Shown piece by piece: positions 1 to 9,239 of a DNA stretch of 64,000 nucleotides. Each line of letters starts with the position of its first letter. Position 1 is the first letter of the stretch. Source of the stretch: Planctomycetota bacterium. Its GTDB lineage: Bacteria; Planctomycetota; B15-G4; SIAN01. The stretch spans positions 202,370 through 266,369 of the forward strand of contig JANQQL010000050.1 in assembly GCA_028289345.1 (NCBI GenBank), given 5' to 3'. A model generated the notes under the pieces. That model was not told the DNA's origin. It did not search any database and saw only the letters and a program-made list of their open reading frames with translations. Both the position numbers and the translations under genes were made by a program.

Positions 1-33
1 CGACCATGGCAAAACCAGCGTTTCGAGTCCGCA

Positions 34-480
34 TCACGGACCTCCTGCAAATCGAGAGACGAGCTGACGGAACTGACGCTCGTGGGTGCCCGTGCGATCG
101 GACCACTGGACTTCCACGCGTGCCTCCAAGAGAGAGGACGGATCGTTGGGTGGGTCGGGAACCAAGACTTCCACATGACCGGGAAGGCCATCCGGATCCC
201 CCTGAGGTGCTTGCAGGCGAATGCGCTCGTCTTCTAACGAGAAACCCCGCTGATGATGGTCGTCGAAGATCGTGGCGAAGCTCGCGCTTTCGACCATCTT
301 CAGCTCTTCATCCAGACGGTCACCCACCAAACGTTGGATCTCGATCGATTGGCGCATGTTGTTGGTGTCGAGAACAAGCTGCGCCGCCGCCATCACCGCT
401 ACGGCGAGCAACGCGGCCCCCACCACCAAGTCGAGAAGGCCGTAGCCGGCGCTACGACGCATTCGTGCTTCCGAAACCAT
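34..480 (-). CDS. Prepilin-like / PilV-type minor pilin
   Basis: Basic leader RRSAG followed by the hydrophobic stretch YGLLDLVVGAALLAVAVMAAA, a variant of the G|FTLIE class III signal; start uncertain (495/480/462). Confidence 0.6.
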   Translation of the reverse strand: MVSEARMRRSAGYGLLDLVVGAALLAVAVMAAAQLVLDTNNMRQSIEIQRLVGDRLDEELKMVESASFATIFDDHHQRGFSLEDERIRLQAPQGDPDGLPGHVEVLVPDPPNDPSSLLEARVEVQWSDRTGTHERQFRQLVSRFAGGP

Positions 481-682
481 GAACCCTTGCTCCACAAGAG
501 GGAGTTGTCAGACACAGCCAACCACGTCGCCTTCGGTTGGCGCGGGTCCTGTTGGTGAGAAGAAAATCATCTCGAGATCCGGGTTAACCAACGACTCTCA
601 AGGAGAGAGGCCTTCCGAATCGACGAGTAGTGTCCTGTCTCCAGACCAACGTCTGAAGCGCTCACCAGGAACCGAGATCCGC

Positions 683-1297
683 ATGAGTCAGCAAGGCAAA
701 CTTCGAGCACGACAAACGATCCTCGTGAACCGAAGCTTTCAACTGAAGGTCGTCGCACGGCTGGCCAGCATCTTGCTTTTCCAAGCGGTGTTGTTTTCCG
801 GACTTGCGGTACTTCTCCCCGCCGTTTGCGGGATTCTCGGTAGTCAATGGGAATGGGGTTGGGGGGAAACCCAGAACCGCGTTGGGATGGTGGCGTTCCT
901 CGGCCTCCCATTTCTGTGCGCGCTGGTCGGGTTCTTCGGCTTTGCCACCCTCGAGATGTTTCGGATCGCCGGCCCTTGTTACCGCTTTCGCACCATCCTT
1001 CGCAGTCTTCGAAACGGTCAGGTGCCCGCCGGGGTGAAGTTGCGAAGAGGGGACTACCTGCAAGACGTCGCACGGGAGTTCGACGAAACGGTTGCTTCGA
1101 TGCGTGGCGAGATCGAAGAGCTCCGCGCACTTGCCCATCGATCGGCGGAAGATCCCGAAGCGCTGTCTCAATTGACCGCCAAGCTCGATGCGATCGAGTT
1201 GCTGGGGTCGTCCTCGGAGGAAGGTGCTGACGAAGAGGAAGATTCCGCGCACCCATGGGACGAAGCCGAGTCGGTCACTCCCGCAGGGTTTCCCTAA
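683..1297 (+). CDS. Two-TM membrane protein with HAMP-like segment
   Basis: ATG 683 (MSQQGK); R..ILVNRSFQLK, two TM helices, RIAGPCYRF...LRRGDYLQDVAREFD. Confidence 0.6.
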   Translation: MSQQGKLRARQTILVNRSFQLKVVARLASILLFQAVLFSGLAVLLPAVCGILGSQWEWGWGETQNRVGMVAFLGLPFLCALVGFFGFATLEMFRIAGPCYRFRTILRSLRNGQVPAGVKLRRGDYLQDVAREFDETVASMRGEIEELRALAHRSAEDPEALSQLTAKLDAIELLGSSSEEGADEEEDSAHPWDEAESVTPAGFP

Positions 1298-1370
1298 GCG
1301 AGTTTCCAACCACGGATCGCCGAAACAGTCAAAGAGTTTGGCCGCCACCGACCTTTGCGAGTGACCTTCC

Positions 1371-2648
1371 ATGGCTTCTCCCTCTCCCAAACGTTCGCGT
1401 TCGAAGTTCCAGAAGAAGGGCCGCGGCCCGTCCCGCAAGGAAGTCGGGTCGGTCGTGATCCTCGCCCTGACCATCCTGACACCGATTCTGGTTGCGGGCG
1501 GCAGCATGATGTCGGCGCTCAACAACTACAGCCGCGAAGTCCGGACCCGTTCGGGGTTGCGAGTCGCGCAGGCAACCGCGGCCTCCGGGGCACACGAAAC
1601 CCTGTACATCCTGGATCAAGATCCCAGTTTTCGCGGAAGCCATGAAATCACCTTCGACAACGGGTTCGCCAACGTCCTCGTCGAGGAAATTGAAGCGACC
1701 GAAGGATCGATGCCTCTACTCCAGCTCCGCGCCGAGGGTTGGCACGAGAAGACCACCGCCAGCGATCAAGATGACTCGAGTCAATGGCACCGAAGCGTCG
1801 TCATTGCTGAGGTCGCCCAACGAACAAAGCAACTGGCGTTTCACCAAACCGTGTATTTGGGCAATCCCTATGAAGCGGTGGAAATCGGCTTCGGAAATGT
1901 CGAGTTCAAAGGCCAGGACGCTACTCCCGGATATGTTCCCGAGGACCCGGACGCAAACGAAGGCGAAGGAGATCACGTCTATTCGGTGGGGAGTCCCACG
2001 GACCTCGACGCTCTCAACGCGAGCTTTTCCACCTGGAAGAAAGACGACGGGGACGAGCTGGGCCTGACCCCGGAGTTGGACATCCCGCGCATGATCAGCG
2101 ACTTTGGTCGCGCGGCGGACCTCGTCCTTCCAGAAACGACGTTGGTCGCCACGGGAAACATGTCTCCTTCCCTCGGCCTCATGGTCGGAGGAGTCGCTGC
2201 GGATTCCGACGAAGCGGCTCTGTGGGGAGCCACCTCCGGCGCTGGCTCCGGCCTCGTCACCGACCTTCTGCCCGAGGGCATGGAAAGCGCCGTGGTTCAT
2301 GCTCCCGGGAATCTTTCGATCACCGGAGTCGTGGAAGGCGCCGGCGTGCTGGTGGTGGACGGCGATTTGAACGTGAACGGCGACTTCGTGTTCGATGGCC
2401 TGATCATTGTGCGAGGCAAAGTCAACATGATGGGCTGCGTCGACATCGACGGCGGTTTGTGGGTCGAAGGAGACAGCGCCGACCAGCCCTACGCGCCCGG
2501 CATCAGCATGTGTGGCGAGATCTCGGTGGAATTCACCGAGGAAGCCGCGGCGATCGCCTCGACCACGATCAGCAGCGGAATCGAGTTGGTCAGCTGGTAT
2601 CAAGACGTCCTCGATGAGTCTGTCACCGGATCCTCCTGGGATTTCTGA
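1371..2648 (+). CDS. PilX-like pilus assembly / minor pilin protein
   Basis: Basic N-terminus, G|SVVILAL hydrophobic helix, A..AA.SG motif, C-terminal G.GVLVVDGDL...F.GLIIVRG beta-rich region. Confidence 0.55.
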   Translation: MASPSPKRSRSKFQKKGRGPSRKEVGSVVILALTILTPILVAGGSMMSALNNYSREVRTRSGLRVAQATAASGAHETLYILDQDPSFRGSHEITFDNGFANVLVEEIEATEGSMPLLQLRAEGWHEKTTASDQDDSSQWHRSVVIAEVAQRTKQLAFHQTVYLGNPYEAVEIGFGNVEFKGQDATPGYVPEDPDANEGEGDHVYSVGSPTDLDALNASFSTWKKDDGDELGLTPELDIPRMISDFGRAADLVLPETTLVATGNMSPSLGLMVGGVAADSDEAALWGATSGAGSGLVTDLLPEGMESAVVHAPGNLSITGVVEGAGVLVVDGDLNVNGDFVFDGLIIVRGKVNMMGCVDIDGGLWVEGDSADQPYAPGISMCGEISVEFTEEAAAIASTTISSGIELVSWYQDVLDESVTGSSWDF

Positions 2649-4245
2649 GCCAGGACCCGTTCTTCGGTCCGCGGATTCCGATTCCGGCTCCCGGCGCTGG
2701 CTCGGTTGTCGTGGACAGTTCGTTCTGTTCTCGACCGTGCTGGTGGTGTCGCTTTCGATTCTGCTCGGCTGGTTGCTACGGGACATCGCGTCCACGCTGC
2801 TGAACCGGCACTACGAATCCGAAGTAGACTTCGTTGAGCGCCGGCTAGCCAGCGCAGCCGCCGAAGCCCTCGAAACAAAAAGCGTGGCAGCAATCGAAGC
2901 GTTGCGATCTCTCCCCGATCAAAGCGTTGCTCGCTTCTTCGCCTGCTACAGCCGCCGCGGCGAGATGGTTTCCTACTCGGCTTCTTCCGAGATCCCCGGC
3001 TTGGAACCCAGCTTGGTCAAGTTCGGGCAACGCAATGAAGTCAAGGGGCTCCGGCACATCACGGACCCACTGGGTGTCGAGTTGGTCTACTCGCCGGTGC
3101 GGGCAAGAGGCGCCAACTCTGCCCCAGGATCTCCTCCAGGACTTCCCGTCGGCTCCATCTTGGTCGGATACTCACGCCAAGCGTTCGAACAACGCGCCAA
3201 CCAGTTGCAGTCGCGCATTTGGATCGTCACCGGGTTGTTGGGCGCGGCCTCCATGGTGGCCGCGTGGTTCTTGACACGAGCCCTCACTCATCCGGTTCGA
3301 GCCTTGACCGAGGCCGTCCAAGCGGGCTCCCGAGACGGCGAACTGACTCGCGTGACCATCACTGCACGGGACGAAGTGGGATTGTTGGCCCACCGTTTCA
3401 ACGGGATGGTCGACGAGGTGCAACAGAACCGCCAACTTCTTCGTGACCAAGCCGGCCGTCTCGAGTTCACGGTGAAAGAGCGCACCCAAGAACTCGAACA
3501 AGCGCTGCAGGAACTCCGCGAGCTGGACAAGGAGAACACCCAAGCCCTCTCCTCCGTGTCCCACGAGTTCCGCACACCCCTTGCATCGCTGATGGGGATG
3601 GGAGAAATCCTCGAGATGGAGGGGCTGGGCCCCGAGGAACAAGCAGAGTTTCTGGACGGAATCCGGGAAAGCCTGCAGCGGCTCGAGCGCACGGCTCGAA
3701 GCTTCCGCCAAGTCGCCTGGGTGGAATCTCGGTCGGCGAGCATCGAACGGAAGCCGACATCCGTCGACGACCTGGTGCGTGCCGCAAGGGAGCTCGTGGC
3801 TCGATTTTGGCCGGAACGCCAGTTCCTGGTCGAGGCCCCCACGACTCCGACCGGTGAGCCCCCTGCCGATCCCTGCCTGGTCTTCGCCGCCCTGGAAGAG
3901 CTGCTACGCAATGCCTTCGAGTTCTCGCCCGATTCTGGAGCAGTCACGCTGCGGATCGAGCAGCAGGACGACATGCTCTGCTTGATCGTGGTCGACCAAG
4001 GCCCGGGATTGCCGGATCCGATCCGAGAGTTCGTGTTCGACAAATTCCGCCAAGGCGGCGACCTCATGACCCACAAGCCCTCGGGAACCGGGCTCGGTCT
4101 GGCTTTCTGTCAGCGGGTCGCCTGCGTGCACGGCGGGTTCATCCGACTGGACGACTCGAGCCAGGGAACTCGAGTTTGTCTCGCCCTCCCTTGTCATCCG
4201 GAGGCGCTGTTGGCTCAGTTCCGAAGCGAAGAGACGGTCTCATGA
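2614..4245 (+). CDS. Sensor histidine kinase (2 TM, HAMP, HisKA, HATPase)
   Basis: SHEFRTPL H-box, ELLRNA N-box, DQGPG and GTGLGL G-boxes, DEVGLLA HAMP. Confidence 0.9.
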   Translation: MSLSPDPPGISEPGPVLRSADSDSGSRRWLGCRGQFVLFSTVLVVSLSILLGWLLRDIASTLLNRHYESEVDFVERRLASAAAEALETKSVAAIEALRSLPDQSVARFFACYSRRGEMVSYSASSEIPGLEPSLVKFGQRNEVKGLRHITDPLGVELVYSPVRARGANSAPGSPPGLPVGSILVGYSRQAFEQRANQLQSRIWIVTGLLGAASMVAAWFLTRALTHPVRALTEAVQAGSRDGELTRVTITARDEVGLLAHRFNGMVDEVQQNRQLLRDQAGRLEFTVKERTQELEQALQELRELDKENTQALSSVSHEFRTPLASLMGMGEILEMEGLGPEEQAEFLDGIRESLQRLERTARSFRQVAWVESRSASIERKPTSVDDLVRAARELVARFWPERQFLVEAPTTPTGEPPADPCLVFAALEELLRNAFEFSPDSGAVTLRIEQQDDMLCLIVVDQGPGLPDPIREFVFDKFRQGGDLMTHKPSGTGLGLAFCQRVACVHGGFIRLDDSSQGTRVCLALPCHPEALLAQFRSEETVS

Positions 4246-5708
4246 AAGCGCGCCGAGGACTGCGCTGGAAAGCCATGACGACGGTCGGTGGGCTGATGTT
4301 TTTCTTGTCCCTTACGCTGGCCGGATTCATCTTTGCTTCCGCCACCAAGGAAGCGGGAATCCTTCGTTCGCAGCGAGTCAATCTTCTTGCCGAGCAAGTG
4401 GCCCACCGATGGATGCAAGCCACCGATCGCCTCGACGAAGAGCTTCTCTCCTCCCTCTTGTCAAATTTCGTCGAAGACCCATTTCTGGAAGGTGCAGCGG
4501 TCCTCGACAGGCACGGTCAGGTGATCGCTCGGGCCGGCACCGTTCCGGAGTCGATTCCGGGACCGGACAACGAACACTGGTCCCAGGCAGATCGGGCACC
4601 CATGCCCGTCGACTCGAAAGATCTTGCGACCAACGCCCCGTCTCCCTTCGTCTTCGCCGCGTTCGTGTCTCCTGGAGAAGAGACTCGATCGCTGCTGGGT
4701 GCGGCCTCGAGCATCTTGTGGATCGTGCTGGGAGTCACCATGGCCGCGATCATCTTGGCCTGGATCTCCACCCAGTCACTGATTCTCCCGCTCCTACAAC
4801 TCGTGCGCGCAACGGGACAAGTGGCAGATGGAGACCGAACGGCTCCGGTGGCAACCAAACGCCGCGATGAGCTTGGTCTTCTGTCACGCGCGTTCCAACG
4901 AATGGCGGATCGCATCATCGCGGTTCACGAAGACCTCGAAGCGCACAACGCTTCCCTCGAACTCGCGGTGGAGCAGCGCAAGCGTGAGTTGCAGTCGGCC
5001 TACCAAGAAACAGAGCAAGTCGACCAACTCAAAGACAACCTTCTGCAGAACGTCGCGCTGCGCATGGACAAGCCCTTGGAGAATCTGCGCCAAGCAACCG
5101 AGCAGCTGGCAACAGCGGCGCCCGAGTCGGCTCCTTCTCACGCAACTCTTCTCCTGCAGCGGGGCCGGAACCTCGAAGGAATCGTCGACGATGCGCTCGA
5201 CTGCGCGGCTCTCGAATCCCCCGATCTCGAATGGGACCGTTCAGCAACCGACGTTGCGGAGCTTCTCGCGTTGGGCAAAGAGCACTTGGGAGAGCGCTTC
5301 TCTCGTCGCGACCAGACTTGCGCGATCGCGATGCCGGACTTCGGGGGCGCTCGGTTTCTTTGGCAACGTCAGCGAATGCAACAGGTCTTTCGCTACCTGC
5401 TCGCCACCTTGGCCCGCCAATCTCCCCTGGGCGCGGAGTTGATCGTGGAAGGACGGTGCACCGACTCGCAAACCGCCGCAATCTGTTTCACCTCCCAGGG
5501 GGGGAGTGAGACAGACCACTCGGAGCCGTTCCCTCCCGCCGGGCTCGGTCTTTGTCAGGAAGTCGTCGAGCGTCACGGAGGATCCCTGACAACACCCGCA
5601 GAGAACTCCGGGGGATTCGAACTCCAGTTCCCTCTCTCCGGTGAAGAGGAAGTGGTCACGAACTCGAGTGGCCCCTCGTCCCGGCAAGTTTCGGCTTTTC
5701 CCGACTGA
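4242..5708 (+). CDS. Degenerate histidine-kinase-like HAMP protein (pseudokinase)
   Basis: ATGA overlap with the upstream HK; HAMP RRDELGLL; H-box reads NVALRMDKPL with no His; N and G1 boxes not recognisable. Confidence 0.75.
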   Translation: MKARRGLRWKAMTTVGGLMFFLSLTLAGFIFASATKEAGILRSQRVNLLAEQVAHRWMQATDRLDEELLSSLLSNFVEDPFLEGAAVLDRHGQVIARAGTVPESIPGPDNEHWSQADRAPMPVDSKDLATNAPSPFVFAAFVSPGEETRSLLGAASSILWIVLGVTMAAIILAWISTQSLILPLLQLVRATGQVADGDRTAPVATKRRDELGLLSRAFQRMADRIIAVHEDLEAHNASLELAVEQRKRELQSAYQETEQVDQLKDNLLQNVALRMDKPLENLRQATEQLATAAPESAPSHATLLLQRGRNLEGIVDDALDCAALESPDLEWDRSATDVAELLALGKEHLGERFSRRDQTCAIAMPDFGGARFLWQRQRMQQVFRYLLATLARQSPLGAELIVEGRCTDSQTAAICFTSQGGSETDHSEPFPPAGLGLCQEVVERHGGSLTTPAENSGGFELQFPLSGEEEVVTNSSGPSSRQVSAFPD

Positions 5709-5762
5709 TCAAGCCCCGACTCGAACATTGTTCGGATCCGTCCGCGCCTTGGGCACTCCCCG

Positions 5763-6233
5763 TCACAGGTCTGCCACTTCTCCTCGCAAGGCGCGCAGCA
5801 TCGCCATCGCGTACCCCAGGTGGATGCCTTCGTGGAAGTTGTTGAACTTGATCGCCTCGTCGACGCTCTTTAACGGGATCCCCGCGGACGTCACGTACGG
5901 GCGGAACTTTTCAAACCGTCCCGACTCGTAGTCTTCGGCGAGCATTTCGGGGAACGCCGTGAGCTGTTCTTTGATTCGCGCGAGATCCGGCAACTCTTCC
6001 CAGCGCTCGGGTGAGGACCCCTTCTGAAACATCTCGACGGTGGCATCGTCGACCATCATTGGGAGCCCGGAGAGCTTGTAGTGCAAGAGCTGCTGGGTGA
6101 CGACCACGTGGCCAACATTCCACAGGATGTTGTTGCGGAATCCGGTGGGCGTTTCCAGCAGCAAGTCATCGTTCTTGTCGGCGAACTTTCGAAACAATGC
6201 GCGAATGCCTTTGAGTTGTTCGATCTCAATCAT
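5763..6233 (-). CDS. DinB-family protein
   Basis: GFRNNILWNVGH and NNFHEGIHLG motifs; GGAGG RBS before ATG 6233. Confidence 0.85.
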   Translation of the reverse strand: MIEIEQLKGIRALFRKFADKNDDLLLETPTGFRNNILWNVGHVVVTQQLLHYKLSGLPMMVDDATVEMFQKGSSPERWEELPDLARIKEQLTAFPEMLAEDYESGRFEKFRPYVTSAGIPLKSVDEAIKFNNFHEGIHLGYAMAMLRALRGEVADL

Positions 6234-6281
6234 TTCCACCTCCTGGCCTCCGGAAGACTGTCGCGAATCTCGATCACGCAC

Positions 6282-7676
6282 TCAGCCTTCCAGAACCTCC
6301 CCTTTCTTCACGATGGCCTGTTCCGATCCGTCGTTTTGCATGGACACTTTGCCTCGGGCGACGACCCCCTCCTGGAAACGAAAGTCTCCCCGAACCTCGA
6401 GGCGTTCGCAATCGATCAATGAAGGCGCCCCGTCGGCGAAACGGTCGGAGAAATCGTCGATTCCCTTGAAATACCGGGAATCCAGGTCGACCACGAGCTT
6501 CCGCAGCCGGCTTTCGTCCACCGGAAGCATTCGGCTCTCTTCGGTCAGGACATACTGATCCGACCACAGTGCGAGCAGGTCATTGGTCGTTTTCACCGGC
6601 GCAAAGCGAGAGCGCGGGACCACCACTGCCTGGGCATTGTCGAAGGACGAGATCGCCGCCCCCATGGCGGTCTCCAGCTGGTACACCTTCGGGCTCGCCG
6701 GGTCCCCGGAGTCCGCGGTCTTCTGGTTGCGGATCATCGGCAGCCCCAGCACCGAGTCGTTCTCCTTCAATGTCTTCTCGAGCGCGCCCAAGTTCAGCCA
6801 CAGACTGTTGGTATTGAAGAACCGGTACTTTTCGATGTTCTGGAAGTCATCCTTTTCTTCGTCCGGACACTGGGCAGATTCTCGCAACGTCAATCGTCCG
6901 TTGGCGAGCAACGCCAAGTGACCACCCTTCTTGTCGGCTTCGGTGCGCCGCGCGACTTCCATCGCGAACGGCACCTCTTTGCCGGCGAACCAACCGAGCA
7001 GGTTCAGGTCCAAGACGGCTCCCAGGTTGTCAGCGTTGGAAACAAACGCGTAATCGATCCCTTGGTTGCGCAGCGTTTCGAGCATGCCCGACGTTTGCAA
7101 GGCGGTGTAGATGTCGCCATGTCCGGGAGGACACCATTCCGCGTTCGCGTCCGCTGGCCATTCGAGCGGGGCCAGATCGTCCACCCGAATCCGAGGCACT
7201 TTGTGCTGCAAGAAGTCGAGCGGCACTCCACTCGCCAGCCCCTCGTGCCGACTCAACGCCTGCAGCGAATCGTCCCGGGTTCGGAAGCTGTTCATCAACA
7301 CCAAAGGCAGATTGCAGTCATGGGTTCGGCGCAGATGCAGTACCTGCCCGGCAATGATGTCCAGGAACGAGCGCCCCTCTTTCACCGGCAAGAGCGACTT
7401 GGCCCGAGTCATCCCCATGCTCGTCCCCAAGCCTCCATTGAGCTTGATGACCACGGCGCGATTCAAGGCCTGGGCTCCGGCATCTTCATGACCGGTCAGA
7501 TCTTCATAGGCCGGAACCTTCTCGACGGGCGCGATGTCCGCCTGGGTGAGCAGTCCCGTCTCCCCTTTGCGCAAGAGGTCAAAGTAGTGGGCGAAGGTGT
7601 CGATGGCGATGGGGGCCAGTCCGGCGCCTTCCATCTTGGTTCGAAACGGGCCAAAACCCTCGGGGTCGCGGCTCAC
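6282..7676 (-). CDS. UTP--glucose-1-phosphate uridylyltransferase, eukaryote-like UDPGP type
   Basis: KLNGGLGTSMG, WCPPGHGD, SNADNLGA, LETAMGAAI, RFAPVK motifs. Confidence 0.92.
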   Translation of the reverse strand: MSRDPEGFGPFRTKMEGAGLAPIAIDTFAHYFDLLRKGETGLLTQADIAPVEKVPAYEDLTGHEDAGAQALNRAVVIKLNGGLGTSMGMTRAKSLLPVKEGRSFLDIIAGQVLHLRRTHDCNLPLVLMNSFRTRDDSLQALSRHEGLASGVPLDFLQHKVPRIRVDDLAPLEWPADANAEWCPPGHGDIYTALQTSGMLETLRNQGIDYAFVSNADNLGAVLDLNLLGWFAGKEVPFAMEVARRTEADKKGGHLALLANGRLTLRESAQCPDEEKDDFQNIEKYRFFNTNSLWLNLGALEKTLKENDSVLGLPMIRNQKTADSGDPASPKVYQLETAMGAAISSFDNAQAVVVPRSRFAPVKTTNDLLALWSDQYVLTEESRMLPVDESRLRKLVVDLDSRYFKGIDDFSDRFADGAPSLIDCERLEVRGDFRFQEGVVARGKVSMQNDGSEQAIVKKGEVLEG

Positions 7677-7747
7677 GGCAGCCTCCTTCGTTTGCTTGGG
7701 GTCGCAGGGGTTGGTGGCGGCATCGGCCCGATCCCCCGGAGCGACGT

Positions 7748-8242
7748 TCAGCTTCCTTTTCGGCGATCGAGGGTCAGGAACACGAACGGGACCGCGTGAC
7801 GCTCATCCGGCTCGAACGTCTCCTTTTCGACCTCGACCCAATCTTCGTCCTGCAACTCCGGAAAGACTGTGTCGCCCTCGTACTCCGCATCGATTCGGGT
7901 GAGATAGATGCGATCGGCCTGGTCGAGAAGCTCGCGGTACACCACGCCCCCGCCCAACACCATCAACTCCGGGTGACCCTCGGCGATCTCCAGGGCTTGG
8001 TCGAAGTCGTGCACGATCACCGTGCCCTCGACCCGGTAGTCCCGATCCCGAGTCAGAATGATGTTGGTGCGCCCGGGCAGCGGCTTCCCGACGGTCTCGA
8101 ATGTCTTGCGGCCCATGAGGATCGGCTTGCCCATGGTCAGCTCTTTGACCCGCCGCAGGTCCTTGGGCAGGTGCCACGGCAAACCGTCGTCCTTACCGAT
8201 CACGCCGTTCTTCGCGGCTGCTACCAGGAACGAGATGCGCAT
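7748..8242 (-). CDS. folA: Dihydrofolate reductase
   Basis: NGVIG...LPWHLPKDL, MGRKT, PLPGRTN, GG; ATG overlaps the thyA stop (TGATG). Confidence 0.95.
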   Translation of the reverse strand: MRISFLVAAAKNGVIGKDDGLPWHLPKDLRRVKELTMGKPILMGRKTFETVGKPLPGRTNIILTRDRDYRVEGTVIVHDFDQALEIAEGHPELMVLGGGVVYRELLDQADRIYLTRIDAEYEGDTVFPELQDEDWVEVEKETFEPDERHAVPFVFLTLDRRKGS

Positions 8243-9036
8243 CAGACGGCTACCTTCGCCTTGATCAGGGGATGGCTCTGATATCCCTCGATCTCGAAAT
8301 CTTCGTACTGGAAGGCAAACAGATCCTTCACCGCCGGATTCAGCTTCATGGTCGGTCGTGGGAACGGCTTGCGAGAAAGCTGCAGTCGCGCGGCATCCAA
8401 GTGGTTCGAGTAAAGGTGCGCGTCGCCGAAGGTATGCACGAAGTCCCCCGGTTCGAGTCCGGTGACCTGAGCGACCATCATGGTCAACAACGCGTACGAG
8501 GCGATGTTGAACGGGACTCCCAGGAAGATGTCCGCGCTGCGCTGGTAGAGCTGGCAGGAGAGCTTCCCGTCGGCCACGTAGAACTGGAACATGGTGTGGC
8601 AAGGCGGCAAGGCCATGCGGTCCACTTCGGCCACGTTCCAGGCGCTGACCAGGAGTCGGCGGGAATCCGGGTTCTGGCGAATCTGTTTCAACACCTGGGA
8701 GATCTGGTCGATCTTGCGGCCGTCCGGCGCGGGCCAAGAGCGCCACTGGGTGCCGTACACCGGTCCTAGATCGCCGTTGTCGTCGGCCCATTCGTCCCAG
8801 ATGGTGACTTTGTGCTCTTGCAGCCAGCGCACGTTGTTGTCACCGCGCAAGAACCAAAGCAGCTCATAGATGATGGAACGGAGGTGCACCTTCTTGGTGG
8901 TGACCAGGGGAAACCCTTCGGAGAGGTCGAAGCGCAGCTGGTGGCCGAAGATGCTTCGCGTTCCGGTACCGGTGCGGTCCTCCTTGCGAGTCCCGTGGTC
9001 CAGGACGTGCTGCATCAACTCCAGGTACGACTTCAT
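8242..9036 (-). CDS. thyA: Thymidylate synthase
   Basis: [33 protein letters not shown]. Confidence 0.98.
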   Translation of the reverse strand: MKSYLELMQHVLDHGTRKEDRTGTGTRSIFGHQLRFDLSEGFPLVTTKKVHLRSIIYELLWFLRGDNNVRWLQEHKVTIWDEWADDNGDLGPVYGTQWRSWPAPDGRKIDQISQVLKQIRQNPDSRRLLVSAWNVAEVDRMALPPCHTMFQFYVADGKLSCQLYQRSADIFLGVPFNIASYALLTMMVAQVTGLEPGDFVHTFGDAHLYSNHLDAARLQLSRKPFPRPTMKLNPAVKDLFAFQYEDFEIEGYQSHPLIKAKVAV

Positions 9037-9239
9037 CGCTCCTCCTCCCGGGCCCCGTCCCGCGGGTCATGGTCTTGGGCGCAAAATGGACGCCTGCGGG
9101 CACACCCTCCGCCAGAGTAGCCAGATTCCCGCGACCCGGGACGGAGAGACTTCGGCAAATCCGCGGCTCGCGGGATCTGCCCAACCGCACCGCCCGGGTA
9201 TCGTCCCGGGACCTTCCCGAACCGATCCAGGAGAACGCC

